A stretch of DNA of 62,221 nt from Clostridia bacterium (GCA_045590155.1 JAZNQL010000019.1:1-62221), one strand, 5' to 3'. Numbered from the stretch's first letter, positions 25,899-36,001 are shown. Notes: generated by a model from the letters alone, not told the origin. Program-made: numbers and translations.

Positions 25899-28307
25899 TT
25901 GGATTTAAACAAAAAAACTCTTACTCAAAACCTTAACGATGAATGTGTTAAACTTTTCGGCTGCTACATAGACGAAGCCTCCGAAAAGCAAATTTACAAA
26001 AGCCTGTCTTCTTTAATCCGCGATTCTTTGCAAAAGAAGCGAAGGCTTTTTGAGCAACAAATAAACCGCGAACAAAAAAAGCAGGTTTATTATATGTCAA
26101 TGGAATTTTTAGTTGGCACATCTTTAAGAAATAACCTTTTCAATTTAAAGCTTGAAGATACTTTTTCGGATATTTTATCTGATATAAATATTGATATTGA
26201 AAATATATATGCTCTTGAACCTGACGCAGGACTTGGCAACGGAGGGCTTGGCAGACTTGCATCTTGCTATATGGATGCGGCAAGCACGCAAGGTATTTGC
26301 ACAACAGGTTTTTCGATAAGATATGAATTCGGGATTTTCAGGCAGAAAATTGTTGATGGGTGGCAAGTGGAATTCCCCGACAACTGGCTTGAAATGGGAG
26401 ATGTATGGTTAAAATCACGTCCCGATGATGCTGTGTCTGTAAAATTCGGGGGCAACGTTTCTGAATGGTTTGAAGATAATAAGCACTTTTTAGAGCATAC
26501 CGATTACGAAGAGGTTATTGCTCTTCCTTACGATATGCTGATTTCAGGATATGATTCACAAACCCCAAACAAGCTTGTTTTATGGAGTGCAAAATCAGCA
26601 AAAGCATTTGATATGTCTGCCTTCTCTCGCGGGGAATACGTTAAAAGCCTTGAGCAAAACACTCTTGCCGAAACAATTTCAAAGGTTTTATACCCTGCAG
26701 ATGACCATTTAAAGGGTAAAATTTTAAGAATACGCCAGCAATACTTTTTTGTAAGTGCGTCTTTACAAAGTATCATAAAAAGCCATCTTTCAAAATATCC
26801 TTCGCTTGACAACCTGCCCGACAAAGCCGCTATCCATATAAACGATACCCATCCCGCCCTTTGTGTGCCCGAGCTTATGCGTCTTTTAATGGACGAACAC
26901 TCATACTCATGGGAAGATGCATGGGATATTACCTGCCGTACCTTATCATATACAAATCACACTGTTATGAGTGAGGCTTTGGAACGTTGGAGAGAGGATA
27001 TGTTCTCAAAAGAGCTTCCCAGAATTTATCAGATTGTCCAGGAAATTCACAGAAGACTTTCGATTCATCTTCACAACATCTACGGGGACGATTTTGCAAA
27101 AATAGAATATATGTCGGTAATTTCAAAGGGCGAAATACACATGGCAAATCTGTGTCTTTGTGCCTGTCATAAAATAAACGGCGTTTCAAAGCTTCACAGC
27201 AACATTTTAATAAACAGTATATTCAATGATTATTACAGAATAAACCCTGAAAAGTTTTTAAATGTCACAAATGGAATTGCTTACAGAAGATGGCTTTGTC
27301 AGGCAAACCCCGCACTTACAAGTCTTATTTCTTCGCTTATAGGAACAGGCTTTATGTATGATGCATCTGAACTTTCAAAGCTTATGGCTTTTTATGATGA
27401 CCCCGTTGTTTTGGAGGATTTAAGAAAAATAAAACTCAAAAACAAAGAACGTCTTGCAAATTATATTTCCGAATCTATGGGCATAGTTTGCGACCCGCAG
27501 AGCCTATTCGATGTGCAGATAAAACGTCTGCACGAATACAAGCGCCAACTTTTGAATGCATTGCACATTCTTTATCTTTATAAAAAAATTAAAGAAAATC
27601 CGTTTATTGATATGCATCCCCGCACTTTTATTTTTGCGGCAAAAGCTTCTTCGGGCTATTATATGGCAAAGCAGATTATACACCTTATAATGTCGATAGC
27701 AAAGCTTGTAAATTCAGACCCCTTAGTTCGTGACAAAATAAAGGTAGTCTTTTTAGAGGATTATAAGGTATCGCTTGCTGAAATAATTATCCCTGCCTCT
27801 GAAATTTCGGAACAGATTTCGGTTGCCGGAAAAGAGGCTTCGGGCACAGGCAATATGAAGCTTATGATAAACGGTGCAGTTACTTTAGGTACTCTTGACG
27901 GCGCAAATGTAGAAATTTTTGAACAGGTAGGACAGGATAACATTTTTCTTTTCGGGCTTACTTCAGAAGAGGTTTTAAGTCTTTGGCAAAAGGGGTATAA
28001 TCCTATGGATTATGTGCGCACGGACGCGGCTCTTTCTTCTGTGCTTGATATGTTAAAATCAAACTTTTTAGGCGCAAACTTTACAGATATTTTTGATTCT
28101 CTTACCTCAAAGCGTTTCGGGGTTGCTGATTCTTATATGACTTTAGCCGATTTTGATTCCTATAGAACAGCCCACGAAAGAGTCTTGCAAACTTATCTTG
28201 ATAAACGTACCTTTACCAATATGTCTTTAACAAATATTGCACACGCAGGTGTTTTTTCGGCAGACCGTGCAATAAAAGAATATTGTGACCGAATATGGAA
28301 AATATGA
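25899..28307 (+). CDS. glgP: Glycogen/maltodextrin phosphorylase
   Basis: GLGNGGLGRLA, KRLHEYKRQ and EASGTGNMK motifs. Confidence 0.95.
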   Translation: MDLNKKTLTQNLNDECVKLFGCYIDEASEKQIYKSLSSLIRDSLQKKRRLFEQQINREQKKQVYYMSMEFLVGTSLRNNLFNLKLEDTFSDILSDINIDIENIYALEPDAGLGNGGLGRLASCYMDAASTQGICTTGFSIRYEFGIFRQKIVDGWQVEFPDNWLEMGDVWLKSRPDDAVSVKFGGNVSEWFEDNKHFLEHTDYEEVIALPYDMLISGYDSQTPNKLVLWSAKSAKAFDMSAFSRGEYVKSLEQNTLAETISKVLYPADDHLKGKILRIRQQYFFVSASLQSIIKSHLSKYPSLDNLPDKAAIHINDTHPALCVPELMRLLMDEHSYSWEDAWDITCRTLSYTNHTVMSEALERWREDMFSKELPRIYQIVQEIHRRLSIHLHNIYGDDFAKIEYMSVISKGEIHMANLCLCACHKINGVSKLHSNILINSIFNDYYRINPEKFLNVTNGIAYRRWLCQANPALTSLISSLIGTGFMYDASELSKLMAFYDDPVVLEDLRKIKLKNKERLANYISESMGIVCDPQSLFDVQIKRLHEYKRQLLNALHILYLYKKIKENPFIDMHPRTFIFAAKASSGYYMAKQIIHLIMSIAKLVNSDPLVRDKIKVVFLEDYKVSLAEIIIPASEISEQISVAGKEASGTGNMKLMINGAVTLGTLDGANVEIFEQVGQDNIFLFGLTSEEVLSLWQKGYNPMDYVRTDAALSSVLDMLKSNFLGANFTDIFDSLTSKRFGVADSYMTLADFDSYRTAHERVLQTYLDKRTFTNMSLTNIAHAGVFSADRAIKEYCDRIWKI

Positions 28308-30133
28308 ACATTTTATATGATAGCAAAAATGGGGCGTTTAAAACGCCCTTTGGTGCTCTGCATCAAGACGAAAAATGCAGTATATCAATTAAAATACCCA
28401 GGACCTTTGCCGTTCTAAATGTTTTTATTGTAATCGAATGTGACGGAGTCTTTTTTAAAAAAATACCCCTGTTGTGGGAAAATCTTGATTTTGGGTATGA
28501 CGTTTATTCGGCAACTTTTTATTTGGAAAAAACAGGGCTTTATTTTTATTATTTTGAAATTGAGGATAAGAATTCTACCTATAATATTTCAAAAAAGGAC
28601 GGGCAAATAATTAAAGGTCTTTTTGAAAAATGGCAAATTACCTGTTTTGACAAAAACTATTCCCCTCCAAAAGGTTTTGAAGGAGGGGTAATGTATCAGA
28701 TTTTTCCGGACAGATTTTATTTTGAAAAGCTTTGCAACACGGAAGGTAAGCTGAAACCTTTTTTCATTCATAAAAGCACCGATGAATGTCCTGTTTTTTT
28801 ACCTGACCCAAACGGAATAATAAAAAACAATGATTTTTTTGGCGGAAATCTTGCAGGGATTACAAAAAAACTCCCTTATCTCAAATCTTTGGGAGTTAAT
28901 ATTTTATATTTGAATCCGATTTTTATGGCATTTTCAAACCACCGCTACGATACGGCAGATTATTTATGCCCTGACCCGCTTTTGGGAACAAGCGAAGACT
29001 TTAAATTCCTTTGCGACACTGCACATAAAGAAGGCTTTAAAATTATTCTTGACGGAGTTTTTTCGCACACAGGCAGTAACAGCCGTTATTTTGACAAAGA
29101 AAATATTTTTTCGGGCGGTGCATACAAAAATCCCTCATCCCCTTATTATGAGTGGTACGATTTTTCTTCTCCCGAAAAATATACTTCGTGGTGGGGCATT
29201 GATACATTGCCTTGCGTTAACGAAGAAAATCCCTCCTACAAAAACTTTATAATCGAAAATCCCGACAGTGTTATTGCCTATTGGCTGAATATGGGGGCCG
29301 ACGGTTTTAGATTAGATGTTGCAGACGAACTGCCCGATTCATTTATAATGGCTCTTTCAAAGAAAGTGCGTTCTTTAAAGCCCGACGGCATTGTAATAGG
29401 CGAAGTATGGGAGGATGCCTCAAACAAAATAAGCTATGGAAAAAGAAGGACTTATTTTTCGTCTGCAGAGGGCGTTGAGCTTGATTCTGTTATGAACTAT
29501 CCTTTCAGAAATGCCATCTTGGATGTTTTACTTGGTAAAATAACCCCTTCGATATTTGCTGATATTATTATGGGTATAGCAGAAAATTATCCTTCTCCTG
29601 TTTTTTTTAACCTTATGAACTCTCTTTCCACTCACGATACCGAGAGAATTTTAAATCTTCTTTCGGATATCTATCCGCCATCAAAAGAGGAAAGAGCGAA
29701 CTTTTATTTAAATGGCGACCAGCTTTCGTTAGCCCTAAAAAAAGAAGAGACCGCCGTATTTTTACAATTTTTGTTGCCTGGAATCCCTTGTATTTACTAT
29801 GGGGATGAGGCAGGTCTTCAAGGCTTTGAAGACCCTTTTAACCGCAGATTTTTCCCTTGGGGAAAGGAAAATCATAATCTTATAAATTTTTATAAGGATA
29901 TGGCTTGTTTGCGAAAGCTTATTCCTTACGACTCGAAAATCTTTTTTGCAAAGCACGATTTTTGCATAATTTTTAAGCGGGGTAATTTTATCTCGGTATG
30001 TAACACTAAAAATATGCCCTGCAACATAGATTTCGAAGATGTTGTGCCTTGCTACTTCAAAAACGCAAAACTTTCTCAAAACACACTGTTTTTAAAGCCG
30101 TACGGCATAGCATTATTGGAACAAAAAATTTAA
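28295..30133 (+). CDS. GH13 neopullulanase/amylopullulanase-type glycosidase
   Basis: YQIFPDRF, NHRYDT, DGFRLDVADE, GEVWED, HDTER and YYGDE motifs. Confidence 0.9.
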   Translation: MENMNILYDSKNGAFKTPFGALHQDEKCSISIKIPRTFAVLNVFIVIECDGVFFKKIPLLWENLDFGYDVYSATFYLEKTGLYFYYFEIEDKNSTYNISKKDGQIIKGLFEKWQITCFDKNYSPPKGFEGGVMYQIFPDRFYFEKLCNTEGKLKPFFIHKSTDECPVFLPDPNGIIKNNDFFGGNLAGITKKLPYLKSLGVNILYLNPIFMAFSNHRYDTADYLCPDPLLGTSEDFKFLCDTAHKEGFKIILDGVFSHTGSNSRYFDKENIFSGGAYKNPSSPYYEWYDFSSPEKYTSWWGIDTLPCVNEENPSYKNFIIENPDSVIAYWLNMGADGFRLDVADELPDSFIMALSKKVRSLKPDGIVIGEVWEDASNKISYGKRRTYFSSAEGVELDSVMNYPFRNAILDVLLGKITPSIFADIIMGIAENYPSPVFFNLMNSLSTHDTERILNLLSDIYPPSKEERANFYLNGDQLSLALKKEETAVFLQFLLPGIPCIYYGDEAGLQGFEDPFNRRFFPWGKENHNLINFYKDMACLRKLIPYDSKIFFAKHDFCIIFKRGNFISVCNTKNMPCNIDFEDVVPCYFKNAKLSQNTLFLKPYGIALLEQKI

Positions 30134-30158
30134 CCCCGTCCTTTTGGACGGGGTTTTC
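30132..30158 (+). terminator. Intrinsic terminator
   Basis: AACCCCGTCC-TTTT-GGACGGGGTTTT. Confidence 0.85.
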
Positions 30159-30231
30159 TCTTTAGTGCATCTTATTTCTTTTGTGTGTTAAAAATCTTTT
30201 GTAATTAAAATTCGAGCTTAATGCTTAAATT

Positions 30232-32178
30232 TTACTCTACCTGCTCGTTTATTACCGCGGGACTTTTAAATGTAGGCACTGCTTTTTTCAACGCTTCTTT
30301 AACCGTTTTGTTGCAATTTGTTGCAAGAGCGTCTCTTAAAAGAGTGATTTTTACATCAATTTCTTCTTTTGAAAGAGGTTTATCCCTCTCTATAAATATC
30401 ATTTCGCTTTCCGTTTTGGAAAGCTCTTCATTTTTTATCAAAAGTTCTTCGTACAGTTTTTCTCCTGGACGAAGACCTGTTTCAACAATATCAATGTCCT
30501 TATAAGGTTCGTACCCTGTGAGAGCTATCATATTTTCGGCAAGCTCTAAAATTTTTACGGGTTTGCCCATATCAAGAACATAAAGTTCCCCATTCTTTGC
30601 CATTGCGCCCGATTGCAGTACAAGCTGAGAAGCTTCAGGAATTGTCATAAAGTAACGTATTATTCTTTTATCTGTTATTGTAATAGGTCCGCCGTTCGCT
30701 ATCTGACGTTTAAATAGAGGAATAACACTTCCGTTTGAACCAAGCACGTTCCCAAATCTTGTTGCGCTGAAGTTTGTTTTTGTGTTACCTCTTGCTAAAA
30801 CTATCATTTCGCACATACGTTTTGTCGCGCCCATTACGTTTGTAGGATTTACGGCTTTATCTGTTGAAATCATTATGAATTTTGAAACTTCATATTTTTC
30901 GGAAACTTCAACAATATTAAGTGTGCCGAAAACATTGTTGTATACAGCTTCGCAACAGTTGCGTTCCATAAGAGGAACGTGCTTATGTGCCGCAGCATGC
31001 AAAACAATGTCAGGTCTATGTTCTCCAAATATTTTTTCAAGCTGAACACGGTCGCATACTGATGCAATTTCAACCTGCATATCCAAATCATTGCCGTAAG
31101 CAATTTTAAGTTCCTGCTGAATGTCATAAGCACCATTTTCGTATATATCAAGAACAACGAGCTTTTTAGCGCCCATTTTTACAACCTGTCTGCAAAGTTC
31201 CGAGCCTATTGAACCGCCTCCGCCCGAAACTAAAACTATTTTGTTTCTGTAATATGAAGCTGTTTTTTCGTCTACAAATTTCTTTTGTTCGCGGAAAAGC
31301 AAATCTTCCATATCAAACTCACGCAGAGTTCTTTTTGTGGCTGATGCAGACTGTATGAGCGGATAATCGTAAGTTTTTATTTTACATTTTGTTTTTTTGT
31401 AATGCTGATACAAAAATTTTTTTCTTTCACTGCTTACATCAGGAAGAGCAAATACTATTTCCTGCACAGCATAAGCCGCCAGATTTTCGGGCGTTGCCTG
31501 TCTGTCTGACAAAACACGGATGCCCGAAATATGTCTGCCGATTTTTTCAGAATCAATATCAACAAAGCAAACAGGTATATAAGGCGAGGAAGGATTTGAA
31601 AGAAGCTCTTCTGCAAGAGCCGAACCTACTCTTCCCGCACCCACTATTGCTATTTTTATTTTATTTTTATACTCGTCATTTATTTCTTCTGGTTTTATAT
31701 TAAGACCCGTTAAAAATCGGACTACCGGACGAGCAATTTTAGCCACGCGAGACTTTTTACTTGTATTCTGATATAAAAACTGATAAATAAGGCGCATTGT
31801 GATAGTTATTAAAAGATTAACTGCGAAAATCGCTATCTTGTTTAAAACAGGTATATGATACATTTGCAAAATTTTGTCCAAAACATAATAAAGCACACCT
31901 GCCATAAAGTCTGCCTTAATTAAATTTATATATGTGTTTATTGTGGCAAAACGCCAGATATTGAGATATATACCCAAAATCATACGCATGGTAAACAAGC
32001 ATACAGCGCCTAACAGAATCTGATATATTATTTCTGCTATGTCAAGCGGTACAGGCTTGTTTGGCCATAAATAAAAAACAAACAGAGTTGACAAAAGTAA
32101 AGTCAAAAAGTCGTATACAACTAGTGCTGCTCTTCTTGTATCTGACCTTTTTTTCTGTTTTTTTCCTGATTTATTCAT
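30232..32178 (-). CDS. CapD/PglF-like membrane-bound nucleotide-sugar dehydratase
   Basis: N-terminal TM segments; GGGGSIGSELCRQ, AAAHKHVP, STDKAVNPTNVMGATK, RFGNVLGS and GLRPGEKLYEEL motifs. Confidence 0.92.
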   Translation of the reverse strand: MNKSGKKQKKRSDTRRAALVVYDFLTLLLSTLFVFYLWPNKPVPLDIAEIIYQILLGAVCLFTMRMILGIYLNIWRFATINTYINLIKADFMAGVLYYVLDKILQMYHIPVLNKIAIFAVNLLITITMRLIYQFLYQNTSKKSRVAKIARPVVRFLTGLNIKPEEINDEYKNKIKIAIVGAGRVGSALAEELLSNPSSPYIPVCFVDIDSEKIGRHISGIRVLSDRQATPENLAAYAVQEIVFALPDVSSERKKFLYQHYKKTKCKIKTYDYPLIQSASATKRTLREFDMEDLLFREQKKFVDEKTASYYRNKIVLVSGGGGSIGSELCRQVVKMGAKKLVVLDIYENGAYDIQQELKIAYGNDLDMQVEIASVCDRVQLEKIFGEHRPDIVLHAAAHKHVPLMERNCCEAVYNNVFGTLNIVEVSEKYEVSKFIMISTDKAVNPTNVMGATKRMCEMIVLARGNTKTNFSATRFGNVLGSNGSVIPLFKRQIANGGPITITDKRIIRYFMTIPEASQLVLQSGAMAKNGELYVLDMGKPVKILELAENMIALTGYEPYKDIDIVETGLRPGEKLYEELLIKNEELSKTESEMIFIERDKPLSKEEIDVKITLLRDALATNCNKTVKEALKKAVPTFKSPAVINEQVE

Positions 32179-32247
32179 CAGTATTCATTCTCCTATCTTA
32201 TCCAAAACAAATTAAATGTTCGAATATGCATAGATATGCTTTTTATA

Positions 32248-32277
32248 ATTATATCAAACAAGTTCTCGCATTGTCAA
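32248..32277 (-). promoter_or_regulatory. SigA promoter of the CapD-like gene
   Basis: TTGACA-18nt-TATAAT with extended -10 TG. Confidence 0.7.
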
Positions 32278-32398
32278 CCTTTTATTTAAATTTACTATTT
32301 TTTTCGTTATATTCTTATTTTTTTTTGTAAAAAATAGTCAAAAAATGTATTTATAACAAATCTCAACGCTACACTATCGCGTAGTTTTTGTTATGCAA

Positions 32399-32430
32399 CA
32401 AAAAAAGAGAAGGCTTTTGCCCTCTCTTTT
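32399..32430 (-). terminator. Terminator after rplL
   Basis: Minus strand AAAAGAGAGGGC-AAAA-GCCTTCTCTTTTTTT. Confidence 0.8.
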
Positions 32431-32446
32431 AAAGTTTAAACTAAAA

Positions 32447-32818
32447 TTATTTAAGTTCAACCTTTGCGCCAACTTCTTCAAGTTTAGCTTTGTAGCTTTC
32501 AGCGTCTTCCTTGGAGATGCCTTCCTTAACTTTGCCAGGAGCTGCATCAACGAGGTCTTTTGCTTCTTTGAGGCCGAGGCCTGTGATGTCTTTAACAACC
32601 TTAACAACCTTGATCTTTTCGGGACCAACGTCTGCTAAGATAACATCAAATTCTGTTTTTTCTTCAGCTGCTGCGCCGCCGTCAACAGGGCCAGCTGCTA
32701 CAGCTACTGTTGCAGCTGCGCTTACACCAAATTCTTCTTCCATTGCTTTTACGAGTTCAGCAACTTCTAATAATTTTAATTCTTTAATTTCAGCAATAAT
32801 TGCTTCGATTTTGCTCAT
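32447..32818 (-). CDS. rplL: 50S ribosomal protein L7/L12
   Basis: [18 protein letters not shown] and [11 protein letters not shown] motifs. Confidence 0.98.
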   Translation of the reverse strand: MSKIEAIIAEIKELKLLEVAELVKAMEEEFGVSAAATVAVAAGPVDGGAAAEEKTEFDVILADVGPEKIKVVKVVKDITGLGLKEAKDLVDAAPGKVKEGISKEDAESYKAKLEEVGAKVELK

Positions 32819-32841
32819 TATAATTTCCTCCTATCAATTTC

Positions 32842-33501
32842 TTATTCTGCAGCGGGAGCTTCCTCTGCGGGAGCTTCTTCTGCGGGTGCTTCTGCAGTTT
32901 CTTCTGCAGGTGCTTCTGTAACTTCTTCTGCGGGTGCTTCTGCAGCTTCTTCTGCAGGTGCATCTGCAACTTCTTCCTTCACAACGCCTGCTGCGAGGTC
33001 AGCGGGATCCATTCCCTTATCAACAATTGCCTGTAACAGTCTAGCAAGACTTGATACAGGTGCGTTCAAGCTACCCATAATCTTAGCTATTAAGGTATCT
33101 CTTGAAGGTGTGGATGCAAGTGTTGCGATTTCTGCAAGACTTATAACCTTACCATCTAAGAAACCACCCTTAATTTCAAGATTTTCGTTTGTTTTTGCAA
33201 CTTCTGCAAGAATTTTTGCGGGAGCTACGGGGTCTTCTTTACTGAGTGCTATGGATGTAGGTCCTGCAAGCACGCTTTCGAGTTCCTCAAGACCTGCTTC
33301 TTTTGCAGCAAATGTTGTTAAGCTGTTTTTAACAACCTTATAAGTAACACCTGCTTCTCTCAGTTTATTACGCATCTGTGTATCTTCTTCAACGGTTAAT
33401 CCGCGGTAGTCAACAATGATACCTGATGCAGATTCTTTTAATTCTTCCGTTAAAGCAGCTACGATAGCTTTTTTCTGTTCTAAAATTTTAGCACTGGGCA
33501 T
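32842..33501 (-). CDS. rplJ: 50S ribosomal protein L10 with acidic C-terminal extension
   Basis: DYRGLTV, VVKNSL and IKGGFLDG motifs; RBS AAGGAGG before the ATG at 33501. Confidence 0.96.
   Translation of the reverse strand: MPSAKILEQKKAIVAALTEELKESASGIIVDYRGLTVEEDTQMRNKLREAGVTYKVVKNSLTTFAAKEAGLEELESVLAGPTSIALSKEDPVAPAKILAEVAKTNENLEIKGGFLDGKVISLAEIATLASTPSRDTLIAKIMGSLNAPVSSLARLLQAIVDKGMDPADLAAGVVKEEVADAPAEEAAEAPAEEVTEAPAEETAEAPAEEAPAEEAPAAE
32845..32976 (-). repeat. Coding tandem repeat (EExx(E/D)APA x4 plus EEAPA x2) in the L10 tail
   Basis: Imperfect 24-nt and 15-nt units visible in both DNA and protein. Confidence 0.9.
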
Positions 33502-33532
33502 ATCGGTATACACCTCCTTCAATAATGTGATA

Positions 33533-33630
33533 AAAAAGGTTCTCCGCATAAAAGACGCGGAGAACCATAAATTACTTTAAAACTCTCCTCGGCAGGATTT
33601 ACACATTAAGCGACCTGCTGTCTGCGGAAT
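33533..33630 (-). promoter_or_regulatory. L10 leader autoregulatory element with attenuator hairpin
   Basis: CCGCAGACAGCAGG...CCTGCCGAGG followed by GGTTCTCCGCG..TGCGGAGAACC-TTTTTT; promoter TTGACA-17nt-TATTAT at 33639-33667. Confidence 0.88.
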
Positions 33631-33670
33631 ACTTTTGTATAATATCACAAAAAAATCTTGTTGTCAATAC

Positions 33671-34366
33671 TTATTCTGAAATTTTTGCTGTGTTAAGTTT
33701 GATGCCAGGGCCCATTGTTGTTGTAACAGCTACGCTCTTTAAGTACTGGCCTTTTGCAGCTGCGGGCTTTGCCTTAATAATTGTTGTCATAAGTGTGCGG
33801 AAGTTTTCTTCAAGCTTTTCTTTGCCGAAGGAAACCTTTCCAACAGGACAGTGAATAATATTTGTCTTATCAAGACGGTATTCAATTTTACCTGCTTTAA
33901 TTTCTTCTATTGCGCGAGCAACATCAGGAGTAACGGTCCCTGCTTTGGGGTTAGGCATTAAGCCTTTAGGACCTAAAATTCTACCGATACGTCCAACAAC
34001 ACCCATCATATCGGGAGTTGCAACAACTATATCAAACTCAAACCAGTTCTCGTTCTGAATCTTTGCTGCAAGATCGTCATCTCCAACGTAATCTGCACCT
34101 GCAGCCTGTGCTTCAGCAGCTTTATCGCCTTTTGCAAATACGAGAACACGTACCTTTTTACCGGTACCATGGGGCAGAACAACTGCACCTCTAACCTGCT
34201 GGTCAGCATGTCTTGAGTCAACGCCGAGCTTGATGTGCGCTTCAACTGTTTCGTCGAACTTAGCCTTGCCTATTTTTGTAACAAGTTCCATAGCTTCAGA
34301 AACTTCGTACAGTTTTCCGCGTTCAAGCAACTGTGCGCTTTCTCTGTAATTTTTACCTCTTTTCAC
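33671..34366 (-). CDS. rplA: 50S ribosomal protein L1
   Basis: KFDETVE, LPHGTGK and [16 protein letters not shown] motifs. Confidence 0.98.
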   Translation of the reverse strand: MKRGKNYRESAQLLERGKLYEVSEAMELVTKIGKAKFDETVEAHIKLGVDSRHADQQVRGAVVLPHGTGKKVRVLVFAKGDKAAEAQAAGADYVGDDDLAAKIQNENWFEFDIVVATPDMMGVVGRIGRILGPKGLMPNPKAGTVTPDVARAIEEIKAGKIEYRLDKTNIIHCPVGKVSFGKEKLEENFRTLMTTIIKAKPAAAKGQYLKSVAVTTTMGPGIKLNTAKISE

Positions 34367-34381
34367 TGATAAAACCTCCTC

Positions 34382-34416
34382 GTGGTAATTTCGAATCGTC
34401 TTTCAGATTCTCCCAC
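34382..34416 (-). promoter_or_regulatory. L1-binding mRNA site upstream of rplA
   Basis: GTGGGAG-hairpin-TTACCAC immediately before the SD. Confidence 0.75.
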
Positions 34417-34420
34417 TTCA

Positions 34421-34846
34421 TTATTCTTCTACTGTTATACCCATGCTTCTGGCTGTGCCTGCTATCATACTCATAGCAGCTTCAATGCTTGCAGCATTAA
34501 GATCAGCCATCTTTGTTTCGGCAATTTCCTTAAGCTGTGCCTTGGTTACCTGAGCAACCTTGGTTTTGTTAGGTACGCCGGAACCACTTTCAATCTTACA
34601 AGCTTTTTTAAGCAAAACTGCCGCAGGGGGAGTTTTTGTTATAAAGCTGAAAGATCTGTCAGCATATACAGTGATAACAACAGGAATAATGAGACCTGCA
34701 TCTTTAGCGGTTCTTTCATTGAATTCCTTTGTGAACTGTACGATGTTAACGCCGTACTGACCGAGTGCAGGACCAACAGGGGGAGCTGGTGTAGCTTTAC
34801 CTGCGGGAATCTGCAGTTTGATGTAACCTGTAATTTTCTGTGCCAT
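34421..34846 (-). CDS. rplK: 50S ribosomal protein L11
   Basis: [21 protein letters not shown] and GTARSMG motifs. Confidence 0.98.
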   Translation of the reverse strand: MAQKITGYIKLQIPAGKATPAPPVGPALGQYGVNIVQFTKEFNERTAKDAGLIIPVVITVYADRSFSFITKTPPAAVLLKKACKIESGSGVPNKTKVAQVTKAQLKEIAETKMADLNAASIEAAMSMIAGTARSMGITVEE

Positions 34847-34872
34847 TGTAAAGCACCTCCTTGATTAAAAAT

Positions 34873-34904
34873 GTGGTAATGGCGGATTCAAGATATCCTC
34901 CCAC
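34873..34904 (-). promoter_or_regulatory. L1-binding mRNA site upstream of rplK
   Basis: GTGGGAGGAT..ATCC-GCCATTACCAC, the same architecture as 34382-34416. Confidence 0.75.
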
Positions 34905-34926
34905 TCTATCAAAAGCCAAAGGCTTA

Positions 34927-35448
34927 TCAAGACAGTGTTTCAACCTGATAAAATTCAAGTTCTACCGGTGTTTCTCTTCCGAACATAGATACACATACAC
35001 GTACCTTCTGCTTTTCGTTGTCGATTTCTTCAACCTCGCCGATAAAGCTTTCAAGCGGTCCGTCGCATATCCTTACGCTGTCGCCTACTTCAAAGTCTAC
35101 CTTTATTGTTCTTACTTCTACACCGAGCGAATCTATTTCCGCTTCTGTTAAAGGAACGGGTTTTGAGCCCGGACCTACAAAGCCGGTAACTCCACGTGTG
35201 TTTCGTACTATATACCAGCTTTCGTCTGTCATAACCATCTTAACAAAAACATAACCGGGGTATATTTTGCGGGTAGTTACTTTCTTTTCCTCACCCTTTT
35301 GCTCAACAACCTCTTCGGTGGGAACCTTTACATCTAATATAAGATCTTGAAGGCTTCGGTTTTCGATGGTTTTTTCTATATTTGCTTTAACGTTATTTTC
35401 ATAACCGGAGTATGTATGCGCTACATACCATTTTGCAACAGCTGCCAT
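34927..35448 (-). CDS. nusG: Transcription termination/antitermination factor
   Basis: WYVAHTYSGYE, PGYVFVKM, VRNTRGVTGFVG, KOW domain and MFGRETPVEL. Confidence 0.97.
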   Translation of the reverse strand: MAAVAKWYVAHTYSGYENNVKANIEKTIENRSLQDLILDVKVPTEEVVEQKGEEKKVTTRKIYPGYVFVKMVMTDESWYIVRNTRGVTGFVGPGSKPVPLTEAEIDSLGVEVRTIKVDFEVGDSVRICDGPLESFIGEVEEIDNEKQKVRVCVSMFGRETPVELEFYQVETLS

Positions 35449-35496
35449 ACTAAACCAAGAGACCAAAAATATGAGGTCCCTTCCTCCTTTCAGATG

Positions 35497-35691
35497 TTAT
35501 CCGAGCAAGCTCTGTGCTCCAAAGCCAAACAGCAAGTCCAAAAGCCATATAATCAATCCTATAATAAGTACGAAGATTAAAACTATGGCTGTGTTGTTAA
35601 TAAGCTGTTTACGGGAAGGCCAGATTACCTTCTTCATTTCTGTTTTTTCATCTTTGAAAAATTTGCCTATTCTTGCAAAAAACTTTTTCAT
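35497..35691 (-). CDS. secE: Preprotein translocase SecE
   Basis: EMKKVIWPSRKQ plus one TM segment; conserved position. Confidence 0.95.
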   Translation of the reverse strand: MKKFFARIGKFFKDEKTEMKKVIWPSRKQLINNTAIVLIFVLIIGLIIWLLDLLFGFGAQSLLG

Positions 35692-35741
35692 AACCTCTTA
35701 AACATTCCTTTCTCACGCTTTTAGCGCAGAATTGTTCGGAA

Positions 35742-35891
35742 TTACTTGCTTTCCTTATGCAGAGTATGCTTTTTACAGAATCTGCAGTATTTGCTTAATT
35801 CCAGACGGTCAGGGGTGTTCTTCTTATTCTTTATTGTGTCGTAATTACGCTGTTTACATTCTGAACACGCCAATGTGATTTTTACTCTCAT
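35742..35891 (-). CDS. rpmG: 50S ribosomal protein L33 (Zn-ribbon type), missing from the ORF track
   Basis: Hand translation [49 protein letters not shown]; RBS GAGGTG. Confidence 0.97.
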   Translation of the reverse strand: MRVKITLACSECKQRNYDTIKNKKNTPDRLELSKYCRFCKKHTLHKESK

Positions 35892-36001
35892 GTGTGACAC
35901 CTCACTTACTATTTGTGAAAATCTTAAGTTTCTTTGGTAAAGTCCCGTTACAAGCCGAATTTTTGCATCATAAAAAAAGACTTCACCAGGGAAGTATACG
36001 A

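Noticed and set aside
32208-32222. LexA/SOS box upstream of the CapD-like gene
   Set aside because: Only one half-site (CGAAC) matches; the spacing and second half are wrong.
34382-34904. Two L1-binding sites as a novelty
   Set aside because: L1 sites before both rplK and rplA are already described in Firmicutes.
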